Assembly (NCBI RefSeq): GCF_051307035.1
Contig: NZ_CP195536.1
Coordinates: 750,001 to 782,000 of the forward strand
From: Psychrobacter sp. DM4
Lineage (GTDB): Bacteria; Pseudomonadota; Gammaproteobacteria; Pseudomonadales; Moraxellaceae
DNA length: 32,000 bases
Direction of reading: 5' to 3'
The position numbers and the translations under genes are program-made. Below the pieces are notes generated by a model. That model saw only the letters and a program-made list of their open reading frames with translations, was not told where the DNA came from and made no database searches. This document shows, piece by piece, positions 8,631-19,444 of the stretch (position 1 is its first letter; each line of letters starts with the position of its first letter).

Positions 8631-10051
8631 GACTTACCTTAACAGAGCAGATCGCTAAGCGCACTCAAGGCAAAGCGCCAAGCCAGCTCAACGAGCAGCG
8701 CGTGCCAATCTATGGCGACAAAGCAACCGCCACCAGCGAAACTATGCCATTGACATGGCGTCTTGCGCACCATGACGCGGTAATTGATCTAGCAACTTAC
8801 GAGTCGCTTCAAGGATTTAGCGGTCTAAAAAAAGCATTAGATAAGCCGTTCAAAGATGTCGAGAACATGATTAAGGCGGCTAATGTCAGAGGTCGCGGCG
8901 GTGCAGGATTCAACGCCGGTCTTAAATGGTCTTTTATGTCGCCGCCTGATGGCTTGCCGCGCTATCTTATTTGCAACGCTGATGAGATGGAGCCGGGTAC
9001 CTTTAAAGATCGCTTGTTAATGGAGCGCCTACCGTTTCAGCTCATCGAAGGCATGCTTATTACCGCTCACGCCATTGGTGCCACCGACGGTTATATCTTT
9101 ATTCGCGGCGAGTATATTTTGGCAGCTCAGCGTTTGGTCACCGCTATTGATGAGTGTATCGCTAATAATTTGATGGGCGATAACATTCTAGGAACAGATT
9201 TTAGCTTTAATTTGCATGTACATACGGGCGCAGGTCGCTACATTTGCGGTGAAGAGACGGCATTAATCAATTGCCTAGAAGGCCGCCGTGCCAACCCGCG
9301 TACCAAGCCGCCATTTCCACAAATCTCTGGCGCTTGGGGTCGTCCAACGGTCGTCAACAATGTTGAGACTCTGTGTAATATGCCCGCTATCTTAGATCAT
9401 GGCGTAGAGTGGTATCAGTCACTATCAGAGGCTAAAGGCAAAAGCAAAACGCCTGGCACTAAGCTGTTTGGCTGCTCAGGCTTGGTGAATGATCCTGGTC
9501 TATGGGAACTACCGTTTGGCTATACTGCGCGCGAGATTATCGAAGACTTCGCAGGCGGTATGATAGAGGGCAAAACCCTAAAAGCATGGTTGCCCGGCGG
9601 CGCATCCACTGACTTTTTGACCGCTGATCACTTAGATATTGTCGTTGATTTTGATAGTATTCAAGACGCCGGTAGCCGTATGGGTACCGGTCTTATTATG
9701 GTGGTAGATGAGTCACAAGACATGGTGCCACTACTACGTAACCTTGAGATTTTCTTTCAGCGCGAATCGTGTGGGTTTTGTACTCCGTGCCGTGATGGTC
9801 TACCTTGGGGCGTCAAGTTGCTTACCGCGATCAATGACGGTGAAGGACAGATTGGCGACGTCGAAAAACTAGAAGGGTTGACTCGCGACTTATGGATTGG
9901 CAAAACCTTTTGTGCTCACGCGCCAGGAGCGATGGAGCCACTCATGAGTGCTATCAAGTATTTCCGTCCTGAGTTTGATCAAAAAATCACGCAGGCGGTT
10001 GGAGTGGACGTCATAGACGCCGCGGCCAACCCTCAGTCAGTAGTGAAATAA
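8627..10051 (+). CDS. nuoF: NADH-quinone oxidoreductase subunit F
   Basis: FMN/NADH site [27 protein letters not shown], and N3 cluster [16 protein letters not shown] overlap with the nuoE stop. The N-terminus is about 30 aa longer than in E. coli. Confidence 0.97.
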   Translation: MRLTLTEQIAKRTQGKAPSQLNEQRVPIYGDKATATSETMPLTWRLAHHDAVIDLATYESLQGFSGLKKALDKPFKDVENMIKAANVRGRGGAGFNAGLKWSFMSPPDGLPRYLICNADEMEPGTFKDRLLMERLPFQLIEGMLITAHAIGATDGYIFIRGEYILAAQRLVTAIDECIANNLMGDNILGTDFSFNLHVHTGAGRYICGEETALINCLEGRRANPRTKPPFPQISGAWGRPTVVNNVETLCNMPAILDHGVEWYQSLSEAKGKSKTPGTKLFGCSGLVNDPGLWELPFGYTAREIIEDFAGGMIEGKTLKAWLPGGASTDFLTADHLDIVVDFDSIQDAGSRMGTGLIMVVDESQDMVPLLRNLEIFFQRESCGFCTPCRDGLPWGVKLLTAINDGEGQIGDVEKLEGLTRDLWIGKTFCAHAPGAMEPLMSAIKYFRPEFDQKITQAVGVDVIDAAANPQSVVK

Positions 10052-10061
10052 GGAGAGCGAC

Positions 10062-13000
10062 ATGGCAGTCATCCATATTGACGGCATCACTGTCGAAGTA
10101 GATAGCAGCGATAACTTGCTACAAGCCTGTCTATCACTTGGTATTGATGTGCCGTATTTTTGTTATCATCCTGCGCTCGGCTCAGTAGGCTCATGCCGTC
10201 AGTGCGCCGTCAAGCAGTATCAAAGTGAAGATGACATGAAAGCGGGCAAAGGGCGTCTAGTGATGTCCTGTATGGTCGCACCAGACAATGATATGTATAT
10301 CTCAGTCACCGATGACGAGGCCAAAGCGTTTCGTAAGTCAATGGTTGAGCTGCTGATGACCAATCATCCGCATGATTGCCCCACTTGTGAAGAGGGTGGA
10401 CATTGTCATCTGCAAGACATGACGTATATGTCAGGTCACAATACGCGCCGCTATCGCTTTACCAAACGCACCCATCATAATCAAGAGCTTGGGCCTTTTA
10501 TCGGCCATGAGATGAATCGCTGTATCGCTTGCTATCGCTGCGTTAGATTCTACAAAGACTACGCAGGCGGCGAAGATTTAGGCGTTTATGGCTCAAACAA
10601 TCGCGTTTATTTTGGTCGTGACAAAGACGGTCAGTTCGAAAGCGAGTTCTCAGGCAATCTAACAGAAGTCTGCCCAACAGGAGTGTTTACGGACAAAACT
10701 CACTCAGAGCGCTACAACCGCAAATGGGATATGCAATACGCGCCTAGCATCTGTCATGGCTGCTCGGCAGGATGTAACATCTCTCCTGGTGAGCGTTATG
10801 GTGAATTGCGCCGTATTGAGAACCGCTACAATGGCGAGGTCAACGGCTATTTCTTATGTGACCGTGGTCGCTTCGGGTATGGCTACGTCAACCGCGAGGA
10901 TCGTCCTACCCAAGCGCTTGAACGTATTAATGACAAACACGTCAAAATCAACATCGACTATGCGTTAGACGAAACCATCAAACGTCTCAAAGACAAAAAA
11001 GTTATCGGCATTGGATCACCAAGAGCCAGCTTAGAGACTAACTTTGCACTCAAAAACCTCGTTGGTTTTGATAACTTCTCAACAGGTTTGAACCATCAGC
11101 AGCAAGCGATAGTCCATAAATGTATCGAAGTGCTGAGTACTGAGGGTATCTATAACCCAAGTATGAATGAGATCGAAAGTCACGATACGGTGCTGATCTT
11201 GGGTGAAGACATCACTCAAACGTCATCTCGAGTCGCATTATCAGTCCGCCAAGCAGCAAAGAACGAAGGACTAAAAATGGCGGCGGCGCTCAAGACTCAG
11301 TCTTGGCTTGCTGAACCTGTCAAACGCATTGCTCAGGACGCCTTAAGCCCTGTCTACGTCATTGATGTCACCCAGACCAAGCTCGACGACATTAGTAAAG
11401 TGAGCGTGGTCGCAACGCCTGAAGATATCACCAGCCTTGGCTTCAAAGTCGCTGACAAGATTGCCAGCTTTGCTGATGATCTAGGACAAATAAAAGATCC
11501 ACAAGCGTCTGAACAGAGTAGTGATACTGCTACTGATCCTATGCAAGCACTCGCTGAGCAAATCGCTTATGATTTGATTCAAGCGGACAGACCACTGATT
11601 ATATCGGGCAGCAGCTTGTCATCTATTGCTTTGATAGAGGCGGCGGCGCAGATTACTCAAGCGCTCACGCAAAAACGCCAAGCTATCAAGGCCACCGAAC
11701 AGCAGCAAGTTGAGACACATAACGCAACGATAAAAGAAGTACAAGCGCAGTCTGCTAGCGATCAGCCAAAAGAAGACAAAGAGTTAGAGGCTAAACCTGC
11801 CAAACCAGAAACGGGTACCAATAAAGACGCGCAAGACGATATCGAGCGTGAGCCTGCTGATACCCTTGAGCTTAAAGAAGTCAATAAAAAGTACTACGGG
11901 CAAGCAGGTATCTATCTGACCGTATCTGACGCCAATAGCATGGGCGTGTGCATGCTTGGCGGTCACTCAGTCGAAGAATTGCTCGCTACAGATTTTGATG
12001 TTGTCATCGTCGCTGAAAATCAGCTGACCGATGCCATCGATGCCAACAAGCTTACGCAACTGCTTAGCGACAAAACGGTTATCGCGCTTGATCATCAGCT
12101 GCTTGAATGGCATAAAGACGTCGATATTGTATTACCAGCTGCAAGCTTCGCTGAAGCGGATGGCACGCTCGTATCAAGCGAGGGTCGTGCTCAGCGCTTC
12201 TTTCAGGTCTACGACAACAACTACTATCATCCCCTAAGCAGTATTAAAGAAGGGTGGCGTTGGCTCCATGCGATACATACTAGTGTTGAAGGCAAAGACG
12301 TCGACTGGACACAACTTGATGATGTCATCAATGCTTTGATTACAACGCATCCTAAACTTGCTCGTATTAAGGGTGCTGCGCCCGATGCGGACTACCGTAT
12401 TACAGGACTTAAAATCGCTCGTGAACCGCGCCGTTACTCTGGTCGTACCGCAATGCGCGCGCCGATATCAGTACACGAGCCTATGCAGCCAAAAGATCTT
12501 GATACTGGTCTGACCTTTTCGATGGAAGGGTATAGCGGTGACAAAACGCCAGGTTCGATGATTCCTTTTGCAAGTGCTGCTGGTTGGAACTCGCCGCAAG
12601 CTTGGAATAAGTATCAAGACAAAGTTGGCGGTCACCTTAAAGGCGGTGATCCAGGGGTGCGCTTGTTCGATAGTCTTGAGCGCTTGCCGAGCCGTCAATA
12701 TGTGGCACCAGAGGCAGGATCTCGCGCGGTAACAGATATGAATGAAGGTAAAGCCAAATTGGTACCTATTTATAATATCTATGCCAGCTCTATGATGGCC
12801 TCGCGTAGTCCAATCGTGACTGAGCAACTACCGGTCGCCAGTTGGCGCGTTGGTATGGATGATGCCAAGGCTTGGGGTTTGCTCGCTGGAGACTACTTGG
12901 CTATAGAGATTAGCAATCAGCAAATGACTCTGCCTGTGCAACTGGTACAATATCTAGCTGAGGGCTGTATCGGCTACCCAGTAGGACAAGTAGATATCAT

Positions 13001-13127
13001 TCATCCGACGCTACCTGCGTCAGTACGCAGGGTCGATATGCCCGTGGGTATCACAGGTGATATGGCGGATGATATGAACAATTTAGATGAGGCGCTAATA
13101 GCACCAACTAGCGATCAAGGGGCGTAG
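10062..13127 (+). CDS. nuoG: NADH-quinone oxidoreductase subunit G (1021 aa, with a lineage-specific charged insertion)
   Basis: N-terminal Fe-S motifs [35 protein letters not shown] and [10 protein letters not shown], then a molybdopterin-oxidoreductase-like body. AAGGAG SD. Confidence 0.96.
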   Translation: MAVIHIDGITVEVDSSDNLLQACLSLGIDVPYFCYHPALGSVGSCRQCAVKQYQSEDDMKAGKGRLVMSCMVAPDNDMYISVTDDEAKAFRKSMVELLMTNHPHDCPTCEEGGHCHLQDMTYMSGHNTRRYRFTKRTHHNQELGPFIGHEMNRCIACYRCVRFYKDYAGGEDLGVYGSNNRVYFGRDKDGQFESEFSGNLTEVCPTGVFTDKTHSERYNRKWDMQYAPSICHGCSAGCNISPGERYGELRRIENRYNGEVNGYFLCDRGRFGYGYVNREDRPTQALERINDKHVKINIDYALDETIKRLKDKKVIGIGSPRASLETNFALKNLVGFDNFSTGLNHQQQAIVHKCIEVLSTEGIYNPSMNEIESHDTVLILGEDITQTSSRVALSVRQAAKNEGLKMAAALKTQSWLAEPVKRIAQDALSPVYVIDVTQTKLDDISKVSVVATPEDITSLGFKVADKIASFADDLGQIKDPQASEQSSDTATDPMQALAEQIAYDLIQADRPLIISGSSLSSIALIEAAAQITQALTQKRQAIKATEQQQVETHNATIKEVQAQSASDQPKEDKELEAKPAKPETGTNKDAQDDIEREPADTLELKEVNKKYYGQAGIYLTVSDANSMGVCMLGGHSVEELLATDFDVVIVAENQLTDAIDANKLTQLLSDKTVIALDHQLLEWHKDVDIVLPAASFAEADGTLVSSEGRAQRFFQVYDNNYYHPLSSIKEGWRWLHAIHTSVEGKDVDWTQLDDVINALITTHPKLARIKGAAPDADYRITGLKIAREPRRYSGRTAMRAPISVHEPMQPKDLDTGLTFSMEGYSGDKTPGSMIPFASAAGWNSPQAWNKYQDKVGGHLKGGDPGVRLFDSLERLPSRQYVAPEAGSRAVTDMNEGKAKLVPIYNIYASSMMASRSPIVTEQLPVASWRVGMDDAKAWGLLAGDYLAIEISNQQMTLPVQLVQYLAEGCIGYPVGQVDIIHPTLPASVRRVDMPVGITGDMADDMNNLDEALIAPTSDQGA

Positions 13128-13128
13128 G

Positions 13129-14163
13129 ATGCAAGTGACTCGTATTATCCCTGATGTGCCTGCTTTTTTGGCAAATATGATGACCTTTGATGCCTGGTCT
13201 ATTTTGTTTTTGGTCGTGCAATCGATTGTTATATTTTTGGTCGTCGTCATGGTTGCCGCCATGATGATTATCTATGAGCGCCGCATGCTTGCATTATGGC
13301 AAGATCGTTATGGTCCTAACCGTGTGGGACCTTTTGGCTCGTTGCAGCTTGTAGCAGATATGCTCAAAATCTTCTTTAAAGAGGATTGGACGCCAAACTT
13401 CACTGACAAGTTCATGTTCACCTTAGCACCTGCGGTGGCGATGTTTACCGCATTGGCATCGTTTGCCATTATTCCTATCTCGCCCACACTAGGCGTTGCA
13501 GACTGGGACATTGGGATATTATTCTTTTTTGCTATGGCAGGTATTGCCGTTTATGCAGTGATGTTCGGCGGCTGGGCGTCAGCAAATAAATTTTCGCTAC
13601 TTGGTGGTCTGCGCTCGGCGGCGCAAACGATCAGCTATGAGGTTTTTTTAGGCCTATCACTTATGGGCGTAGTCGCGTTGACGGGCTCTTTTAATTTGCG
13701 TGAGATCGTTGAATCACAAATAGATGGCTGGTACATTATCCCGCAGTTCTTAGGGTTTTTGACCTTTGTAGTCGCAGGTGTTGCGGTCACTCATAGACAT
13801 CCCTTTGATCAACCAGAAGCGGAACAAGAGCTTGCTGAGGGTTATCATGTCGAATATTCTGGCATGAAATTTGGTATGTTCTTCATCGGAGAATATGTCA
13901 ACGTCGTGCTCATCTCTGCCCTGATGACTTGTCTGTTCTTTGGGGGCTGGCTTGCGCCTTTTAACTTAGATATTCCCTTTGTGCCGCCTGCATTTTGGTT
14001 CATGATAAAAACGCTATTCTTTATGACAATGTTCATCTTGGCACGTGGCTCGCTTATGCGTCCACGGTATGATCAGGTGATGAACTTTGGCTGGAAAGTT
14101 TGCTTACCTGTCACCTTAATTAATCTGCTGGTTACCGCCGCTGTCATTTTGCTAATGAGATAG
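13129..14163 (+). CDS. nuoH: NADH-quinone oxidoreductase subunit H
   Basis: ND1/NuoH signatures: [33 protein letters not shown]. Polytopic membrane protein. Confidence 0.97.
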   Translation: MQVTRIIPDVPAFLANMMTFDAWSILFLVVQSIVIFLVVVMVAAMMIIYERRMLALWQDRYGPNRVGPFGSLQLVADMLKIFFKEDWTPNFTDKFMFTLAPAVAMFTALASFAIIPISPTLGVADWDIGILFFFAMAGIAVYAVMFGGWASANKFSLLGGLRSAAQTISYEVFLGLSLMGVVALTGSFNLREIVESQIDGWYIIPQFLGFLTFVVAGVAVTHRHPFDQPEAEQELAEGYHVEYSGMKFGMFFIGEYVNVVLISALMTCLFFGGWLAPFNLDIPFVPPAFWFMIKTLFFMTMFILARGSLMRPRYDQVMNFGWKVCLPVTLINLLVTAAVILLMR

Positions 14164-14191
14164 GGCTTATGCCAACAAGGATAATAAGACA

Positions 14192-14740
14192 ATGATTACC
14201 GCTATAAAAAAGACGCTCGTCGGTATGTTTACTATCGTTCGTAGTATGTGGATGGTCAATAGCCATGCGATAAGGCCGCGCGATACCATACTCTATCCTG
14301 AACAGGCCGTACCTGTACCGCCGCGTTTTCGTGGGCGTATTGTTCTGACCCGTGATCCAGATGGGGATGAGCGCTGTGTGGCTTGTAATCTATGTGCGGT
14401 GGCTTGCCCTGTCGGCTGTATCTCGCTACAAAAAGCGGAGCGTGATGACGGGCGCTGGTATCCTGAGTTTTTTCGCATTAACTTCTCGCGTTGCATATTT
14501 TGCGGAATGTGTGAAGAAGCTTGTCCGACCACGGCTATTCAGATGACCCCTGATTTTGAGATTGGTGAATACAATCGTCAGGATTTGGTATATGAAAAAG
14601 AGCATCTGCTTATCTCAGGCCCTGGCAAGTATCCTGATTATAACTATTACCGCGTTACCGGTATGGCGGTCGCAGACAAGCCTAAAGGTTCTGCGCAAAA
14701 CGAAGCGGCGCCTATTGATCTGAGGAGCTTGCTGCCATGA
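14192..14740 (+). CDS. nuoI: NADH-quinone oxidoreductase subunit I
   Basis: Two 4Fe-4S ferredoxin motifs, [12 protein letters not shown] and [12 protein letters not shown]. Confidence 0.97.
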   Translation: MITAIKKTLVGMFTIVRSMWMVNSHAIRPRDTILYPEQAVPVPPRFRGRIVLTRDPDGDERCVACNLCAVACPVGCISLQKAERDDGRWYPEFFRINFSRCIFCGMCEEACPTTAIQMTPDFEIGEYNRQDLVYEKEHLLISGPGKYPDYNYYRVTGMAVADKPKGSAQNEAAPIDLRSLLP

Positions 14741-15498
14741 TGACTATTTTGAATAATCCTGACTTAGCAGGGTTCTATGCGCTGGCGGCAGTGGCTATCT
14801 TTGCAAGCTTACGCGTTGTCATTCATGCCAATCCAGTCCACGCGATATTATCAATGATCGTCTCACTATTGGCAGTTGCAGGTATCATGTTTATACTAGG
14901 TGCGCCATTTGCAGGGGCGCTTGAGATTATCGTTTATGCGGGTGCCATCTTAGTGCTATTCGTCTTTGTCATTATGATGCTCAATTTAGGCATGGCAAGC
15001 GAGGCACGAGAAGAGCGCTGGCTGGATGCTAGAACGTGGGCTATCCCGACAGGGTTAACATTTATTATCGCTGTTGTGCTCTACGCGTTTATCGGTATCA
15101 ATCACGACGAGGCGGCGGTTATCGGCGGAATTACTGTACCCGCCAAAGCAGTTGGTTTGGCCTTATTTAGTAAGTATATTATGCTCGTTGAAGTAGCCGC
15201 ATTATTACTACTTGGAGCTTTGGTTGCCGCTTACCATTTAGGCAAGCCGACATTGAATGATGAGATAGCGATCGATGATACTGTTCGTGACCCCAGTAAA
15301 CGCTTAACGCTTAATAATGTCGCTCGTAACACGGAGCGCAGCATCGACAATAGAGAAGCTAATCATTCCGATCGTAGCGGTGATAGTGACGGGAATACGC
15401 TTAATTCAGCTGAGCCTTACGAGTATAAAGACGTTGATCCACACAACTATGTGGGCAAGCAAATAGGCACAAAAGCTACGCGCAAGGAGTCAGACTGA
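14737..15498 (+). CDS. nuoJ: NADH-quinone oxidoreductase subunit J, with a long hydrophilic C-terminal tail
   Basis: The ND6/NuoJ core ([27 protein letters not shown]) is collinear with E. coli NuoJ up to ...AAYHLGK (aa 170). ATGA overlap with nuoI. GAGGAG SD. Confidence 0.93.
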   Translation: MMTILNNPDLAGFYALAAVAIFASLRVVIHANPVHAILSMIVSLLAVAGIMFILGAPFAGALEIIVYAGAILVLFVFVIMMLNLGMASEAREERWLDARTWAIPTGLTFIIAVVLYAFIGINHDEAAVIGGITVPAKAVGLALFSKYIMLVEVAALLLLGALVAAYHLGKPTLNDEIAIDDTVRDPSKRLTLNNVARNTERSIDNREANHSDRSGDSDGNTLNSAEPYEYKDVDPHNYVGKQIGTKATRKESD

Positions 15499-15905
15499 TG
15501 GTACAAGCAGTAAGCGTAGCCCAGGATGTATCAACTATGCCGTTCGCCCATGAGGTAGCGCAGATAGCAATGCCTGCTCTTGAAGTACAAAACGTACTGG
15601 GTATCATACCCATGAGCCATGGACTTATCTTGGCAGGTATCTTATTTGCCATTGGTCTATGCGGCGTTATGGTACGGCGCAATTTCTTATTTATGCTCAT
15701 GAGCCTTGAGATTATGATGAACGCCGCAGCGCTAGCGTTTATCGTTGCAGGCAGCCGCTGGGTCGATCCAGATGGACAGATTATGTTCATCTTTATTCTG
15801 ACTTTAGCAGCTGCTGAAGCCTCAATCGGTCTGGCTATACTATTACAGTTTTATCATAAGCGTGGGCATCTCGATGTCGATAGCGCCAATGAGATGAGAG
15901 GATAA
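15498..15905 (+). CDS. nuoK: NADH-quinone oxidoreductase subunit K, apparently with a 38-aa N-terminal extension
   Basis: The core [47 protein letters not shown]...[14 protein letters not shown] is collinear with E. coli NuoK. The ATG at 15498 has AAGGAG 7 nt upstream and overlaps the nuoJ stop (TGATG). The alternative ATG at 15612 has no SD. Confidence 0.85.
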   Translation: MVQAVSVAQDVSTMPFAHEVAQIAMPALEVQNVLGIIPMSHGLILAGILFAIGLCGVMVRRNFLFMLMSLEIMMNAAALAFIVAGSRWVDPDGQIMFIFILTLAAAEASIGLAILLQFYHKRGHLDVDSANEMRG

Positions 15906-15909
15906 TGTC

Positions 15910-17784
15910 ATGAGTTTATTACCATTAACCTTCATACTCCCGCTCATTGGCTTTTTAATTTTAGCCTTTATGCGTGACAAGCTCACAGAGCAAGCCGCCA
16001 GCTTTGTCGGTGTGGGCAGTATGGGGCTATCAGCGCTTTGTACTTTGGTCGTTAGCTACACCTTTTTGACCACTTATCCTGCGGGCACGGTCATAGAAGT
16101 ACCGCTTTGGACTTGGATGCAAGTCGGTGATTTTGCACCGAGCTTTGGTCTTAGCTTCGATGGCCTTGCTTTAACCATGACTGGGGTCATTACTGGCATT
16201 GGCTTTTTGATCCACCTATTTGCTGCTTGGTACATGAAAGGTGATAAAGGCTTTGCACGATTTTTTAGTTATATGAATTTGTTTGTCGCCAGTATGCTAC
16301 TGCTAGTACTAGCAGATGATCTATTGCTGCTATATCTAGGCTGGGAAGGCGTAGGTATCTGCTCTTATTTGCTGATTGGTTTTTATTACGAGCACCGTGC
16401 TAATGGCCGCGCTGCGATAAAAGCCTTTACCGTTACCCGCGTGGGTGATGTGTTCTTGGCCTTTGGTTTATTCTTGTTGTTCCGCGAGTTTGGAACCTTG
16501 AATATTCAAGAGATTATCACTCGCGCACCTGAGATGTTTAGCATCAATGATCCGGTAATGATTTTGACCACGATGATGATCGTTGGCGGCGCTATGGGTA
16601 AATCTGCGCAGATTCCACTACATACGTGGCTCGCTGATGCGATGGCAGGTCCAACACCTGTATCGGCACTGATTCACGCGGCGACGATGGTTACCGCTGG
16701 GGTATATCTTATTGCCCGTTTGCATCCATTATTTGTTCTCACGCCAGGTATCTTATTGTACTGGGTTGGGGCAGTAGGCGCATTGACGTTGATGGTCGCA
16801 GGATTCTGTGCGTTAGTACAAACCGACATCAAGCGTATATTAGCCTACTCAACGATGAGTCAAATCGGTTATATGTTCTTGGCATTAGGCGTTGGCGCTT
16901 GGCAAGGGGCTATCTTCCACTTGATGACGCATGCCTTTTTTAAAGCCTTGTTGTTCTTGTCGTCAGGTGCGGTCATATTAGCCGTTCATCATGAGCAAGA
17001 TATCTTTAAGATGGGCGGTTTGCGTCGTAAGATTCCTTTAGTATTTTGGTGTTATATCATCGGTGGCGGCGCTCTAGCAGCTATTCCTTGGATAACCGTA
17101 GGCTTTTACTCTAAAGAAGCGATCCTTTGGGAGTCCTATGCAACCGGACATCAGGTACTGTTTTATATGGGTGTGTTCGGTGCTTTCTTGACCGCTATTT
17201 ATACCTTCCGTATGATTTGGATCATCTTCTTTGGTGAAGAGAAGACTCACGCTCATAAGTTAACGGGCGTCTCTTATTGGTTGCCGCTTACGGTGCTACT
17301 GGTGTTATCGACCGCAGTCGGCGCTATGATTGTACCGCCATTACAAGGCGTATTACCTGAAAGCGTTGGTCATCTATTAGAAGTGGCTGGTCATGCAGAA
17401 GCCAAGCACACCGCAGAGTATATCGCTATGGGCGCTATGGGCGCAGGACTCGTGATAGCTGCATTGCTGTACGTCGTTGACAAAGGCCGCATGCTGACGC
17501 GTTTTAAGCGCTCGAGTATCGGCGGTGCGCTATATTACTGGTGCTACCACGGTATGGGATTTGATGCGCTATACGATATAGTTTTTGTAAAACCTTTTTT
17601 ATTCATCGGCCGCTTATTCAAAGCTGATCCTATTGATAAAACGTGGAATGTATTACCGATGCTGGCATCAGCTGGTAATAGGATGTTGTCTGTGACACAA
17701 ACAGGGTCACTTCGAGGTTATGCCGCAAGCTTTGGCTTGGGCGTTGCTGTATTACTCGTACTGGTCATGATAACGGTGGTATAA
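15910..17784 (+). CDS. nuoL: NADH-quinone oxidoreductase subunit L
   Basis: ND5/NuoL motifs WEGVGICSYLLIGF and GKSAQIPLHTWLADAMAGPTPVSALIHAATMVTAGVYL. Confidence 0.97.
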   Translation: MSLLPLTFILPLIGFLILAFMRDKLTEQAASFVGVGSMGLSALCTLVVSYTFLTTYPAGTVIEVPLWTWMQVGDFAPSFGLSFDGLALTMTGVITGIGFLIHLFAAWYMKGDKGFARFFSYMNLFVASMLLLVLADDLLLLYLGWEGVGICSYLLIGFYYEHRANGRAAIKAFTVTRVGDVFLAFGLFLLFREFGTLNIQEIITRAPEMFSINDPVMILTTMMIVGGAMGKSAQIPLHTWLADAMAGPTPVSALIHAATMVTAGVYLIARLHPLFVLTPGILLYWVGAVGALTLMVAGFCALVQTDIKRILAYSTMSQIGYMFLALGVGAWQGAIFHLMTHAFFKALLFLSSGAVILAVHHEQDIFKMGGLRRKIPLVFWCYIIGGGALAAIPWITVGFYSKEAILWESYATGHQVLFYMGVFGAFLTAIYTFRMIWIIFFGEEKTHAHKLTGVSYWLPLTVLLVLSTAVGAMIVPPLQGVLPESVGHLLEVAGHAEAKHTAEYIAMGAMGAGLVIAALLYVVDKGRMLTRFKRSSIGGALYYWCYHGMGFDALYDIVFVKPFLFIGRLFKADPIDKTWNVLPMLASAGNRMLSVTQTGSLRGYAASFGLGVAVLLVLVMITVV

Positions 17785-17785
17785 G

Positions 17786-19411
17786 ATGATTGAGTTACAA
17801 CAAACGTGGATGCTACCGGCGCTGATTGCAATACCCTTTATAGCAGGTTTGCTGTGCTGGCTGGTTGAGCGTTTTAATAAGCGTTTACCGCGCTGGATTG
17901 CTCTAATAGGTATGACGCTGACCTTTTTATTGTCGCTCGTGCTATGGCAATATGGCGACTTTAGCGGTATGAGTAAACAGGTCATCGCGCCGCAGTCTGC
18001 GGTGCCTTGGATGGCTGAGTTCAGTGTGCCTTGGATACCGAGCTTCGGTATTAGTTTCCATTTGGCGATGGATGGCATGTCGCTACTGATGATTGCGCTG
18101 ACAGGACTTTTAGGGGTTGCCGCAGTCGCTTGTTCTTGGAACGAGATTCAGCGCCGCGTCGGGTTCTTCCATCTCAACTTACTTTGGAGTTTGGGTGGGG
18201 TCATTGGGGTATTCTTAGCGATTGATCTATTTTTGTTCTTCTTCTTTTGGGAGATGATGCTTGTACCTATCTATTTCTTGATCGCTATTTGGGGTCATGA
18301 CGTTGTAGGTAAAACCAAAGAATATGCAGCGACCAAGTTTTTCATTTATACCCAAGCCTCTGGGCTTATTATGCTCGTTGGTATCTTGGTGCTGGTGATT
18401 ATCAGTTATTCTCAAAGCGGCGTAGTCAGCTTTAACTACAATGATCTGCTCGGTACTAGCCTTGGTGGCTGGGAATATCCGATCATGCTGTGCTTCTTTA
18501 TTGGCTTTGCGGTCAAGCTGCCTATTCTACCTTTTCATGGTTGGCTGCCTGATGCACACGCACAAGCACCAACCGCAGGTTCGGTGGATTTGGCTGGGGT
18601 ACTGATTAAGACCGCCGCTTATGGTTTGATTCGCTTTGTCTTGCCGTTGTTTCCTAACGCTTCACAAGAGTTTGCACCGATAGCCATGACTTTGGGTACG
18701 ATCGGTATCTTTTATGGCGCGTGGCTTGCCTTTATGCAAACCGATATGAAGCGCCTATTGGCTTATACCAGTATCTCGCATATGGGTTTTGTCGTATTAG
18801 CGATTTATGCAGGGACGCTACTCAGCTTACAAGGGCTAATGATTCAAATGCTCGCGCATGGTTTAAGTTCAGCGGCTCTGTTTATTATGGCAGGGCAGCT
18901 ATACGAGCGTTTGCACACGCGCGATTTGACCGTTATGGGTGGCATGTGGGGACAGTTCCGTTATTATGCCCCTACCTTAATGTTCTTTTGTGCCGCGCTA
19001 CTGGGTATTCCTGGTACAGGTAACTTTATCGGCGAGTTTATGATCTTGTTTGGTGCTTTTGCTCAGTATCCAGTGTTCGTTGTACTGGCAACGTTTAGCT
19101 TGGTATTGGCAGGACTATACTCGCTTATATTGATTTACCGTGCTTTATTTGGTGACAATAAAACTAAAGAGGTTGCCTTGCATCATACGCGCTCACACGG
19201 TTTGCCTGAGCGTCCGTTGAGAGACTTGGGTCGCCGCGAGATATCATTGCTGCTCGTATTAGCAGTCGGGCTGGTTTGGCTTGGATTGTATCCGCAACCC
19301 ATATTGGATACTTCAAGTCACTCTATGCAATGGATCAATAACGCTTACATTTACAGTGAAGTGTCACAAGCAAATGTGTTGCAACCACTTGATGCAATGG
19401 AGGCACGTTAA
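17786..19411 (+). CDS. nuoM: NADH-quinone oxidoreductase subunit M
   Basis: ND4/NuoM motifs FFFWEMMLVPIYFLI and KLPILPFHGWLPDAHAQAPTAGSV. Confidence 0.97.
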   Translation: MIELQQTWMLPALIAIPFIAGLLCWLVERFNKRLPRWIALIGMTLTFLLSLVLWQYGDFSGMSKQVIAPQSAVPWMAEFSVPWIPSFGISFHLAMDGMSLLMIALTGLLGVAAVACSWNEIQRRVGFFHLNLLWSLGGVIGVFLAIDLFLFFFFWEMMLVPIYFLIAIWGHDVVGKTKEYAATKFFIYTQASGLIMLVGILVLVIISYSQSGVVSFNYNDLLGTSLGGWEYPIMLCFFIGFAVKLPILPFHGWLPDAHAQAPTAGSVDLAGVLIKTAAYGLIRFVLPLFPNASQEFAPIAMTLGTIGIFYGAWLAFMQTDMKRLLAYTSISHMGFVVLAIYAGTLLSLQGLMIQMLAHGLSSAALFIMAGQLYERLHTRDLTVMGGMWGQFRYYAPTLMFFCAALLGIPGTGNFIGEFMILFGAFAQYPVFVVLATFSLVLAGLYSLILIYRALFGDNKTKEVALHHTRSHGLPERPLRDLGRREISLLLVLAVGLVWLGLYPQPILDTSSHSMQWINNAYIYSEVSQANVLQPLDAMEAR

Positions 19412-19414
19412 TTC

Positions 19415-19444
19415 ATGAATGATTTTATGATGAATGATTTGATG
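19415..19444 (+). repeat. In-frame 15-bp tandem duplication at the nuoN start (ATGAATGATTTTATG / ATGAATGATTTGATG)
   Basis: Read directly. The two units differ at one position and encode MNDFM-MNDLM. Confidence 0.9.

Noticed and set aside
12468-12827. 119-aa ORF antisense within nuoG. Similar antisense or out-of-frame ORFs lie at 15476-15790, 17752-18078 and 10756-10968, with other short ones inside nuo genes.
   Set aside because: They overlap strongly conserved complex I coding sequence. Their products are Arg/Cys/His/Trp-rich and typical of non-coding frames. I see no start context.
15612-15614. Internal ATG as the true nuoK start, which would give a canonical ~97-aa NuoK
   Set aside because: Not fully excluded. 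It has no SD, whereas the ATG at 15498 has AAGGAG at ideal spacing and TGATG coupling to nuoJ, so I kept the long form and flagged it as a finding.
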